A stretch of 64,000 nt of DNA from Alphaproteobacteria bacterium (GTDB taxonomy: Bacteria; Pseudomonadota; Alphaproteobacteria; MPNO01): assembly GCA_965248835.1 (NCBI GenBank), contig CBDFLJ010000001.1, positions 1,600,001 to 1,664,000 on the forward strand, written 5' to 3'. Made by a program: the position numbers and the translations under genes. Each line of letters begins with the position of its first letter. The stretch's first letter is position 1. Shown one piece after another: positions 53,130 to 61,865 of this stretch. A model generated the notes under the pieces. That model worked only from the letters and a program-made list of their open reading frames with translations. It searched no databases and had not been told where the DNA came from.

Positions 53130-54385
53130 ACGGGTTTCGCGCGCCTTGGCGGCGTCGCGTCGCGGGACACCGGCCGGGCCATATCGACACCGAGCCCGCG
53201 GGCGGGCGCGAACACGTCGGGCTCGCCCATGGCGTGGCGGATCAGGACCCGCTTGAGCGCCGGGAAGCGGTTGACGGCCGCAAGGCCGAGGCGGCGGCCG
53301 AGGCGGAGCGGGAGCCGGTCGTTGGAGAACAGCCGGTTGAGACCGTCGGTCACCGCCAGCATCGCGAAGTTGTCCGCCCGGCGCGCCCTTGTGTAGCGGG
53401 CGAGCAGCGTCGAGGCGCCGGGGTCGAGCCCGAGTCCGACGGCATCGACGATCACCCCGGTCAGGGCGGCGGCATCCCGGATCCCGAGATTGAGGCCCTG
53501 GCCCGCGATCGGGTGGATCGCGTGCGCCGCATCGCCGGCCAGCGCCAGACGGTCGAGCACGTAGCGCTCGGCGAGCGTCAGGGTCAGGGGGTAGGAAAAC
53601 ACCGGCCCTTCGACCGCGAGGTCGCCGAGATAATCGGTGAACCGGCTGGCGAGCTCGACCTCGAATTCGGGCCGCGGCAGAGCAAGGATCCGGCGCGCGA
53701 CATCGGCTCGTTCGGTCCAGACGATCGAGGACCGGGACCCGGTCATCGGCAGGACCGCGAACGGGCCGGCGGGCAGAAATCGCTCCTGCGCGATGCCGCG
53801 GTGAGGCCGGCCATGCGCGATCGTGGCAACGATGCCGGTCTGGTCGTAGGCAACCTCCAGCGCCCCGATGCCGGAATGCCGGCGCACGAGGGACCGGCGC
53901 CCGTCGGCCGCCACCACCAGGGCGGCGGTCAGGACCGCACCATCATCGAGGCGCAGCCTCGCATCGACCGGTCCGCGCTCCAGGCCGGCGACCGCACGGC
54001 CGTCGAGCAACCGGACGCAATCATGCGCTTCGACCGCCTCGATCAGCGCGCGCCGAATCCACCGGTTCTCGACGATATAGCCGAGCGCTTCGGCCCCCAC
54101 CTCGTCCCGGTCGTAGTGAGCGAAAAGCGGCGAGTCGCCGTCGGAGACCCGGATCTCTTCGATCGGCTGGGCATCGCCGGCAAGCCGGTCCCAGATCCCG
54201 AGCCCGTCGAAAACGGCGCGCGAGGCCGGGGCGATCGCCGAGACGCGCCCGTCGAATGCCTGATCGAGCATCGCCGCGACAGGCTCGTGATCGACCACGG
54301 TGGTGCGCACGCCCGCCCGGCCCAGCGCGGCGCCAAGGGTCAGCCCGACGATCCCGCCGCCGACGATGACGATCTGGTCTGCCAT
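53126..54385 (-). CDS. UbiH/UbiL/COQ6 family FAD hydroxylase
   Basis: GGGIVG, DGRVSAI, AADGRRS, GDAAHAIHPIAGQGLNLG. Confidence 0.92.
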   Translation of the reverse strand: MADQIVIVGGGIVGLTLGAALGRAGVRTTVVDHEPVAAMLDQAFDGRVSAIAPASRAVFDGLGIWDRLAGDAQPIEEIRVSDGDSPLFAHYDRDEVGAEALGYIVENRWIRRALIEAVEAHDCVRLLDGRAVAGLERGPVDARLRLDDGAVLTAALVVAADGRRSLVRRHSGIGALEVAYDQTGIVATIAHGRPHRGIAQERFLPAGPFAVLPMTGSRSSIVWTERADVARRILALPRPEFEVELASRFTDYLGDLAVEGPVFSYPLTLTLAERYVLDRLALAGDAAHAIHPIAGQGLNLGIRDAAALTGVIVDAVGLGLDPGASTLLARYTRARRADNFAMLAVTDGLNRLFSNDRLPLRLGRRLGLAAVNRFPALKRVLIRHAMGEPDVFAPARGLGVDMARPVSRDATPPRRAKPV

Positions 54386-54671
54386 GGGTTCGGCTCTCCT
54401 GGACCCGCGCCGCCGCCTGTCCTGCAGACTCTATGTACGGCCATTTCCAAGGGTTTGGAAACGTCTCATGGGTGTTCGGCGGTGCTTCGAGGCGCGCGAT
54501 TGCCGCCCTCGGCGCGTCCGGGTCCGAATCACCCAGGGTCCAACCCTACCAACGATAGCGGTTGGGCGACCATTGACCCCCACATATGGTGAGGATCGGC
54601 GCAAGCTTCGCTTGTCTGGGCCTGCCGCTTGCGGATAGAGTGCCGCGTCCGAAGGGTTCGGCGGCAGGCCG

Positions 54672-55868
54672 GTGTTCAACGACCGCATCTCCCAAATCGG
54701 CGAGTATCCGTTCGACCGGCTGCGCGCCCTGCTCGGCCCGATCGCGCCGCCCGACCGCCTCGCGCCGATCGCGCTGTCGCTAGGCGAGCCGCAGCACGAG
54801 CCGCCGGCGATGATCCGCGATGCGGTGACCGCCGATCACGCCCTGTGGGGCCGCTACCCGCCGATGCGCGGCACCGAAGCGGTGCGCGGGGCGATCACCG
54901 ATTGGGCGGCCAGACGCTATGGCCTGCCCCCGGCGATGCTCGATCCGGCACGCAACGTCGTGCCGGTCTGCGGCACCCGCGAGGCGCTGTTCATGATCGC
55001 ACTCGCGGCGGTGCCCGAGCGCAAGAACGGCGCGAAGCCGGTGGTGCTGATGCCCAACCCGTTCTACCAGGTCTATCTCGGTGCGGCGGTGGTCGCCGGC
55101 GCCGAGCCGGTCTTCGTTGCGGCCGACCGCGACACCGGCTTCCTGCCCGATTTCGCAAGCCTGCCCGCCGACCTCCTGGCGCGCACGGCGCTGGCCTATT
55201 TCTGCTCGCCGGCCAACCCGCAAGGAACCATCGCATCGAAACAGAACCTGGCCGCTCTGGTCGAGCTGGCCCGCGAATACGACTTCGTGCTCGCCTCCGA
55301 CGAGTGCTACAGCGAGATCTATGACCGCGGCGTGGCGCCGCCCGCCGGCATGCTGGAGGCTTGCCGCGATCTCGGCGGCGGGCTGGACAACGTCGTGGTG
55401 TTCAACTCGCTGTCCAAGCGCTCGAGTTGCCCCGGCCTGCGTGTCGGCTTCGTGATCGGCGAAGGGGGGTTCATCGACCGGTTCGTGCGTCTGCGCGACT
55501 ATGGCGGCGCAGCACCGCCTCTGCCGTTGCTCGCCGCGGCGCAAGCGCTGCTCGGCGATGAAGACCATGTCGAGGCGAGCCGAGCGCTGTACCGGCAAAA
55601 ATTCGACATCGCCGAGGAGATTCTAGGCGGCCGCCCGGGATTCTACCGGCCGCCCGGCGGCTTCTACCTATGGCTCGACGTCGGCGACGGCGAGGCGGCG
55701 GCGCGGCGGTTGTGGGCGCAGGCCGCGGTCCGGGTCCTGCCCGGCGCCTACGTCGCCCGGCCGGGCGCCGATGGGCGCAATCCGGGCGCGGCCTATATCC
55801 GCATCGCGCTGATCCACGATCGCGAGACCACAAGCGAGGTGCTTGGCCGCCTCGCCGGGGTATTGTAA
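54672..55868 (+). CDS. class I/II aminotransferase (DapC-like)
   Basis: YPFDRL, GEPQH, NPFYQ.Y, CSPANP, DECYSEIY, SLSKRS. Confidence 0.88.
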   Translation: MFNDRISQIGEYPFDRLRALLGPIAPPDRLAPIALSLGEPQHEPPAMIRDAVTADHALWGRYPPMRGTEAVRGAITDWAARRYGLPPAMLDPARNVVPVCGTREALFMIALAAVPERKNGAKPVVLMPNPFYQVYLGAAVVAGAEPVFVAADRDTGFLPDFASLPADLLARTALAYFCSPANPQGTIASKQNLAALVELAREYDFVLASDECYSEIYDRGVAPPAGMLEACRDLGGGLDNVVVFNSLSKRSSCPGLRVGFVIGEGGFIDRFVRLRDYGGAAPPLPLLAAAQALLGDEDHVEASRALYRQKFDIAEEILGGRPGFYRPPGGFYLWLDVGDGEAAARRLWAQAAVRVLPGAYVARPGADGRNPGAAYIRIALIHDRETTSEVLGRLAGVL

Positions 55869-55876
55869 GGAGACCG

Positions 55877-58228
55877 ATGCGCACCACCCCCACCAGCATG
55901 GCCGCAAAGGGCCGGTCGGCCACGGCACCATCGCGGGCGGGCCGGTTTGTGCGGCGGCGGCTGAACGAACTCGCGGGTCTGGCGCTGGTCGCGCTCGCTG
56001 CTGCGCTGATGGTCGCGCTGGCGACCTACAATGCGGGCGATCCATCGTTCAACACCGCGGTCGATAGCCTGCCGCGCAATTTTCTGGGCGTGCCGGGCGC
56101 CTGGGCGGCGGACTTCTTCCTGCAGACCATTGGGCTCGCGACCTGGCTGACGGGGCCGGTGCTGGCGGCATGGGCGTGGCGTTTGGCCTCGCACCAGGGG
56201 CTGGGGCGGGCGTGGCTGCGGATCACCATGTTGCCGGGCACGTTGATCTTCGGCGCGGTCCTGTTCGCGACCCTGCCGACGCCGGCAAGCTGGCTGCTGC
56301 ACACCGGCGGCGGTGGATCGCTGGGCGATCTGGTGCTGGCCGGGCTGCTGGATTTCGCCGGCCATCTGATGGGCTATGACACCGGTGTGATCGCTGCCGC
56401 CGCGGCCGTGCTCACGCTCGGCGCCCTGATCGAGGCGATGGGCTTGAGCCTTGCGGAATGGCGGGCGATGGGCCGCGCGGCGCGGCGCGGCGCGGCCGTG
56501 ATCGGGCGTTTTTTCGCGCTGGGACGGCGGATTCGCGCGCGGCCGCGCGCACGCGCGGCCGATGAGGCGCCGCCGCGCAAGGAAAAGGTACGGCGCGAAC
56601 CGGCCGCGCCGACGCCGGTGGTGGCCGAGCGCGACCGCGCCAAGCCCCAGCGTCCGGCCCGAACCGAGCGCAAGGCCCGCCAGATTCGGCTCGAATTCGA
56701 CGAAGCGGACGAACGGCATGTGCTGCCGCCGACCGACCTGCTCGATCCGGTGGTGGAGGCGCCGCGCGAGCCCGCGATCGATGCGGATGCGCTTCAGGAA
56801 AACGCCCGCCTCCTCGAGTCGGTGCTCGACGACTTCGGGGTCAAGGGTGCGATCACCCGGGTGCGCCCGGGCCCGGTGGTCACGCTCTACGAGCTGGAAC
56901 CGGCCCCGGGCACGAAATCCTCGCGCGTGATCGGGCTCGCCGATGACGTCGCGCGCTCGATGAGCGCGGTCTCGGTGCGCGTCGCCGTGGTGCCGGGGCG
57001 CAGCGTCATCGGTATCGAGCTGCCCAATCGCGGGCGCGAGACGGTCTTGCTGCGCGAGCTCCTGGAATCGACGGCCTATGACCGCGCCGGCGGCCAGCTT
57101 ACCCTGGTGCTCGGCAAGGATATCGGCGGCACCCCGGTGCTTGTCGACCTCGCGCGCATGCCGCATCTGCTGATCGCCGGCACCACCGGATCGGGCAAGT
57201 CGGTGGCCATCAACACCATGATCCTGTCGCTGCTCTACCGCCTGTCGCCCGAGCAGTGCCGGATCATCATGATCGATCCCAAGATGCTCGAGCTGTCGGT
57301 CTATGACGGGATCCCGCATCTGTTGGCGCCGGTGGTTACGGATGCGAGCAAGGCGGTGGTCGCTTTGCGCTGGGCGGTGCGCGAGATGGAGAATCGCTAC
57401 CGGGCGATGTCCAGCCTGGGGGTGCGCAGCATCGCCGGATACAACGCCCGCCTCGCCGAGGCCGCGAAGAAGGGCGAGACGCTGTTCCGCACCGTGCAGA
57501 CCGGCATCGACGCCGACACCGGCGAGCTGGTCTACGAGGAGCAGCCGATCGAGATCACGCCGCTGCCCTATATCGTGGTGATCGTCGACGAGATGGCCGA
57601 TCTCATGCTGGTCGCCGGCAAGGAGGTCGAGGCCGCCGTCCAGCGCCTGTCGCAAATGGCCCGCGCGGCCGGCATCCACCTGCTGATGGCGACCCAGCGT
57701 CCGTCGGTCGACGTGATTACCGGCACGATCAAGGCCAATTTTCCGACCCGGGTAAGCTTTCAGGTCACGTCGAAGATCGACAGCCGCACGATCCTGGGCG
57801 AATCGGGCGCCGAGCAGCTTCTGGGCCAGGGCGACATGCTCTACATGGCTGGCGGCGGCCGGATCAGCCGGGTGCACGGGCCGTTCGTCTCCGACGAGGA
57901 GGTCGAGCGCGTCGTCGGCTTCCTGTGCGATCAGGGCGAGCCGACCTATGTCGAGGACGTCACCGACTCCGAGGACGAGATGCCGATGCTGGGCGAGGTG
58001 ACCAGCGAGAACGGCCGCGACGGCGATGCGCTCTACGACCAGGCGGTCGCCCTGGTTGCGCGCGAAGGCAAGGCCTCGACCAGTTTCGTCCAGCGCCATC
58101 TCCAGATCGGCTACAACCGCGCTGCCCGGCTAATCGAGCGGATGGAGACCGAGGGCATCATCAGTGCGCCCAACCATGTCGGCAAGCGCCAGGTGCTGGC
58201 GCGCAAGGTCGACCACGAGGCCGGATAG
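55877..58228 (+). CDS. ftsK: DNA translocase FtsK
   Basis: N-terminal TMs, GTTGSGKS, DEMADLM, ATQRPS, gamma domain IGYNRAA. Confidence 0.96.
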   Translation: MRTTPTSMAAKGRSATAPSRAGRFVRRRLNELAGLALVALAAALMVALATYNAGDPSFNTAVDSLPRNFLGVPGAWAADFFLQTIGLATWLTGPVLAAWAWRLASHQGLGRAWLRITMLPGTLIFGAVLFATLPTPASWLLHTGGGGSLGDLVLAGLLDFAGHLMGYDTGVIAAAAAVLTLGALIEAMGLSLAEWRAMGRAARRGAAVIGRFFALGRRIRARPRARAADEAPPRKEKVRREPAAPTPVVAERDRAKPQRPARTERKARQIRLEFDEADERHVLPPTDLLDPVVEAPREPAIDADALQENARLLESVLDDFGVKGAITRVRPGPVVTLYELEPAPGTKSSRVIGLADDVARSMSAVSVRVAVVPGRSVIGIELPNRGRETVLLRELLESTAYDRAGGQLTLVLGKDIGGTPVLVDLARMPHLLIAGTTGSGKSVAINTMILSLLYRLSPEQCRIIMIDPKMLELSVYDGIPHLLAPVVTDASKAVVALRWAVREMENRYRAMSSLGVRSIAGYNARLAEAAKKGETLFRTVQTGIDADTGELVYEEQPIEITPLPYIVVIVDEMADLMLVAGKEVEAAVQRLSQMARAAGIHLLMATQRPSVDVITGTIKANFPTRVSFQVTSKIDSRTILGESGAEQLLGQGDMLYMAGGGRISRVHGPFVSDEEVERVVGFLCDQGEPTYVEDVTDSEDEMPMLGEVTSENGRDGDALYDQAVALVAREGKASTSFVQRHLQIGYNRAARLIERMETEGIISAPNHVGKRQVLARKVDHEAG

Positions 58229-58291
58229 CGCTGGCCAACCGCGCGGCGCAACCCCATGTTCCCACCGACCGCAACGATACAAAGGCCGGCC

Positions 58292-58918
58292 ATGCGGCGT
58301 TCCCTGGTCGTGATCCTGGCGGCGATCGGGTTCGCGCTCGCCGCTTCCGCGGCGGCGGACGTGCTGAAGCCGGCCGACCGGGCCGAGGTCGCGCGCGCGG
58401 AGATCTACCTCAACGCGGTCAAATCGCTGCGCTCGCGGTTCGTCCAGTCTTCTTCCAACGGGGATTTCGCCAAGGGCCGGCTCTATCTCCAGCGGCCCAA
58501 GCGGCTGCGGCTCGACTACGACGCGCCGACGATGCTGCAGATCTACGCCGACGGCTACTGGCTGGTCTATGTGGACACCGAGCTCGAGGAGGTCAGCCAG
58601 ATCCCGCTCGATCGCACCCCGGCGGCCTTCCTGGTCCGCGAGACCGTCTCGCTGAGCGACGGCGTCCGGGTCACCAGGGTCAAGCGCGACGGCGAGCGTG
58701 TGTCCATCCACCTCGTCCAGGTCGATGAGCCGGAGGCCGGCGAGGTGATCCTGGCCTTCGCGCGCGACCCGATGCGGCTGCTTGGATGGACCGTGATCGA
58801 CGCCCAGGGCATCCGTACGCTGGTGGCGCTGATCGCGCCCGACTTCAACGCGCCGATCGCGCGCGAGGTCTTCGAGTTCGACCAGGACAAGTTCTCCGGC
58901 GACCGCAACGGCGGCTGA
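58292..58918 (+). CDS. lolA: outer membrane lipoprotein carrier protein
   Basis: Signal peptide; F.Q, LQRP.RLRLDY, TP; follows ftsK. Confidence 0.85.
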   Translation: MRRSLVVILAAIGFALAASAAADVLKPADRAEVARAEIYLNAVKSLRSRFVQSSSNGDFAKGRLYLQRPKRLRLDYDAPTMLQIYADGYWLVYVDTELEEVSQIPLDRTPAAFLVRETVSLSDGVRVTRVKRDGERVSIHLVQVDEPEAGEVILAFARDPMRLLGWTVIDAQGIRTLVALIAPDFNAPIAREVFEFDQDKFSGDRNGG

Positions 58919-59027
58919 GCCGGCATCCTCCGGCCGCGGCTTGCCGGCCCGGTTCGGGCGTGTTAGGTCCAGGCACCGCACCCAGTGCGGGCAATCAGGG
59001 ACTTTGGCACGACGCCGCTCGGAGACG

Positions 59028-59813
59028 ATGAAACACGAACAAGCGATCGCGCGGCCCGTGGTCGGCATCCCGACCGGCTTGATCTACCTTCCGGAGCACT
59101 CGATTCCCCAACACGGCGTGGGGGAGCGCTATATCACCGCCGTGCGCGAGGCCTCGGGCGCCGATCCGCTGCTGATCCCGGCGCTGGCAGAGGCCTTCGA
59201 CTACGACGTGCTGGCGGGTCGGCTGGACGGGCTGTTCCTGACCGGCGGGCGGGCCAATGTCGAGCCGCATCACTATGGCGGGCCGCCGTTTCCCGACGAT
59301 GAATCCCGCGATGCCGCGCGCGACAACACGGTCTTGCCGCTGATCCGCGCCTGCGTCGCGCGCGCGATCCCCGTCTTCGGGGTCTGCCGCGGGCTGCAGG
59401 AGATAAACGTGGCCTTGGGCGGCTCGCTGCACTATCGGGTGCATCTGATCGAGGGCAAGCTCGACCACCGGATGCCGCGCGAAGGCGATGTCGACGCCCG
59501 TTTCGGGCTGGCCCACGACCTTTTGCTCGATGCCGGCGGGGAGTTCGCCCGGTTGATCAACGATACCACGATCAAGGTCAACTCGGCGCACGGCCAGGGT
59601 ATCGACCGCCTGGCGCCCGGGCTGGTCGTCGAGGCGCAGGCGCCGGACGGTCTCATCGAAGGTATCAGGCTGCCCGATTGCGGGACGTTCGCCGTCGGGG
59701 TCCAGTGGCATGCCGAGCACCGCTGGGCCGAGCACCGGCTTTCCGAGGCGCTGTTCAAGGCCTTCGGACGGGCGGCACGGCAGCGCGCGGCGCGGCGCCT
59801 GAACGGGGGCTGA
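59028..59813 (+). CDS. gamma-glutamyl-gamma-aminobutyrate hydrolase family (peptidase C26)
   Basis: GVCRGLQE, VNSAHGQG, VQWHAE. Confidence 0.88.
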   Translation: MKHEQAIARPVVGIPTGLIYLPEHSIPQHGVGERYITAVREASGADPLLIPALAEAFDYDVLAGRLDGLFLTGGRANVEPHHYGGPPFPDDESRDAARDNTVLPLIRACVARAIPVFGVCRGLQEINVALGGSLHYRVHLIEGKLDHRMPREGDVDARFGLAHDLLLDAGGEFARLINDTTIKVNSAHGQGIDRLAPGLVVEAQAPDGLIEGIRLPDCGTFAVGVQWHAEHRWAEHRLSEALFKAFGRAARQRAARRLNGG

Positions 59814-59816
59814 TCG

Positions 59817-60602
59817 GTGCGCATCGCCACCTGGAACATCAATTCGGTCCGGCTTCGCCTGGAGCTTCTGGAAAGGGTCGCCCGCACGCTCGATGCCGAG
59901 GTGATCTGCCTCCAGGAGATCAAGGTCGAGACCGAGCACTTCCCGGGCGAGGCGATCGCAGCGATGGGTTATCCCCACCAGGTGGTCCAGGGCTTCAAGG
60001 GCTATAACGGCACCGCGATCGTCTCGCGCGTGCCGCTCCAGCCCGGCCCTCCGGTCGCGTGGTGCGGCCGGGACGATGGCCGGCACGCGGTCGCGCGCCT
60101 CGACGGCGGGGCGGAGATCCACTCGCTCTACATTCCTTCCGGCGGCGACGTGCCCGACCGGGAGCAGAACGACAAATTCGCCCACAAGCTCGATTTCCTG
60201 GCCGAGCTCGCGCGCTGGTGCGCCGCGAACAAGCCGGGACGCCGTATCTGGGCGGGCGACTTCAACATTGCCCCCCTGGAGACCGACGTCTGGTCCCACA
60301 AGCAGCTCTTGAGCGTGGTCAGCCACACGCCGATCGAGGTCGAAGGGCTGAGCCGGATACAGGAGGCCTGGGGCTGGAGCGATGCCGTCCGCCGGTTCAT
60401 CCCGCCCGAAGAGCAGCTATACACCTGGTGGAGCTACCGCAACCGCACCTGGCCCGGCAGCGACAGGGGGAGGCGGCTGGATCATATCTGGGTCACCCCG
60501 CTTCTCGCACCCAAGCTCATCGGCGCCCGGGTCCTGCGCGAAGCTCGCGGCTGGCCGGGCCCCTCGGACCACGTCCCCGTCGTGGTCGACATCGACCTGT
60601 AG
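59817..60602 (+). CDS. xth: exodeoxyribonuclease III
   Basis: TWNINSVR, LQEIK, GDFN, YTWWSYR, RLDH, SDHVP. Confidence 0.93.
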   Translation: MRIATWNINSVRLRLELLERVARTLDAEVICLQEIKVETEHFPGEAIAAMGYPHQVVQGFKGYNGTAIVSRVPLQPGPPVAWCGRDDGRHAVARLDGGAEIHSLYIPSGGDVPDREQNDKFAHKLDFLAELARWCAANKPGRRIWAGDFNIAPLETDVWSHKQLLSVVSHTPIEVEGLSRIQEAWGWSDAVRRFIPPEEQLYTWWSYRNRTWPGSDRGRRLDHIWVTPLLAPKLIGARVLREARGWPGPSDHVPVVVDIDL

Positions 60603-60642
60603 GATGGCGGCGCGGGACGGTCCGCCCTGTTCGGAACATGCG

Positions 60643-61764
60643 CTAGCCCCCGGCGCTTCCGGCCGGCGCGCGCCGGGCGTTGTCCTCGCAGAACTTGCGC
60701 CAGGCGGTGATCGAGATGTCGGGCCGGAACAGCCGCTCCGGCGGGGTGTCCATCATGGCGACGATCGGCCCGTCTTCCCACCGGTTGAGCATGATGTGGT
60801 GGATGACGCGGATATAGCTCCAATAGCGCAGCCGCCAGATCAGCGCACCCGCACCGGAGGTGTGCTTGACCGAGACCTGAAGCGCCAAGTGGTTGTCGGC
60901 ATCGACCGGGACGAAGATCTGGAAATCCGTCCAGTCGTCGTGGCCGACCTGGAATATGCCCGGCAGCCGCGCATCGCCCAGGATGACCACGCCGACGCCG
61001 GCATTCTTCTTCGGCTTGCGGCCGCGCCAGCGCCAGAAATCCTGGCGCGGCCATTTGCCGAGCCGCGGATATTCCGCCGGCTCGAAGACCGGCGTGCTGT
61101 GCCGGCGAAGCCAGACGCCGTCTTCGCTGGGGACCATGCGGGTGTCGGTCTGGTAGCCGGGGAACCGGGTGAAGAAATAGAACGGCGTGTTGCGGTGCAG
61201 CGACTTGGCGTGCGATTCGTCGACCGCGTTCTCCATCGCGTAGCGCCAATTGCCCAAGCGCGGCTCGACCATCGGCTCGACCACGGCATCCGGGCGCAGC
61301 AGGGGCTCGGGGATGTCGACCTCGACCGGTGGATGGGGCGGATCGCCGACATAGACCCAGATCAGCCCGGCCCGCTCCTCGACCGGGTAGGTCGGGATGC
61401 GCACCGAAGACGCTCCGACAATCGGCGAGTCCGGCCCATCGGTCAGCGCCGCAACCAGATCGCCCGTGGCGAGGTCGTAGGTCCAGCCGTGATAGGGGCA
61501 GGTCAGCGTGCCCGGGAACTCGCAGCGCGCGATGGACAGCGGCACGCCGCGGTGGGCGCAGCGGTCGGTCAGCGCATGGACCTTGCCGCCGTCGCGGACC
61601 AGCACGATCTTCTCGTCCAGGACCTTGATCGCCTTCGGCCGCTTGCGCAGCTTCCGCGACTCGAGCACCGGGTACCAGTAATGCCGGAAGCCGGTGGCCG
61701 CCGCTTCATAGCGCGGCCAGCGCTGGTCGACGCTGCCTCCGGTGTTGCCGGGACGACCGTCCAT
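60643..61764 (-). CDS. Rieske non-heme iron oxygenase alpha subunit (CarAa/OxoO-like)
   Basis: YWYP, CAHRG...CPYHGW, ENAVDESHAKSLH. Confidence 0.9.
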   Translation of the reverse strand: MDGRPGNTGGSVDQRWPRYEAAATGFRHYWYPVLESRKLRKRPKAIKVLDEKIVLVRDGGKVHALTDRCAHRGVPLSIARCEFPGTLTCPYHGWTYDLATGDLVAALTDGPDSPIVGASSVRIPTYPVEERAGLIWVYVGDPPHPPVEVDIPEPLLRPDAVVEPMVEPRLGNWRYAMENAVDESHAKSLHRNTPFYFFTRFPGYQTDTRMVPSEDGVWLRRHSTPVFEPAEYPRLGKWPRQDFWRWRGRKPKKNAGVGVVILGDARLPGIFQVGHDDWTDFQIFVPVDADNHLALQVSVKHTSGAGALIWRLRYWSYIRVIHHIMLNRWEDGPIVAMMDTPPERLFRPDISITAWRKFCEDNARRAPAGSAGG

Positions 61765-61865
61765 CCTTTGCCCTCACCGCCATCGGCCGCACCGAGCGTG
61801 ATGGAATTTTGCCCGACGCGCAACGCCCGGCATAATCCCGCGCGGGCGATGCGCGGGAGGGCGGC

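Noticed and set aside
54596-54614. Sigma54-like GG-N10-GC element, possibly left from a lost nitrogen-regulated gene
   Set aside because: Poor match to TGGCAC-N5-TTGC and no NtrC site seen; chance is likely at this GC content
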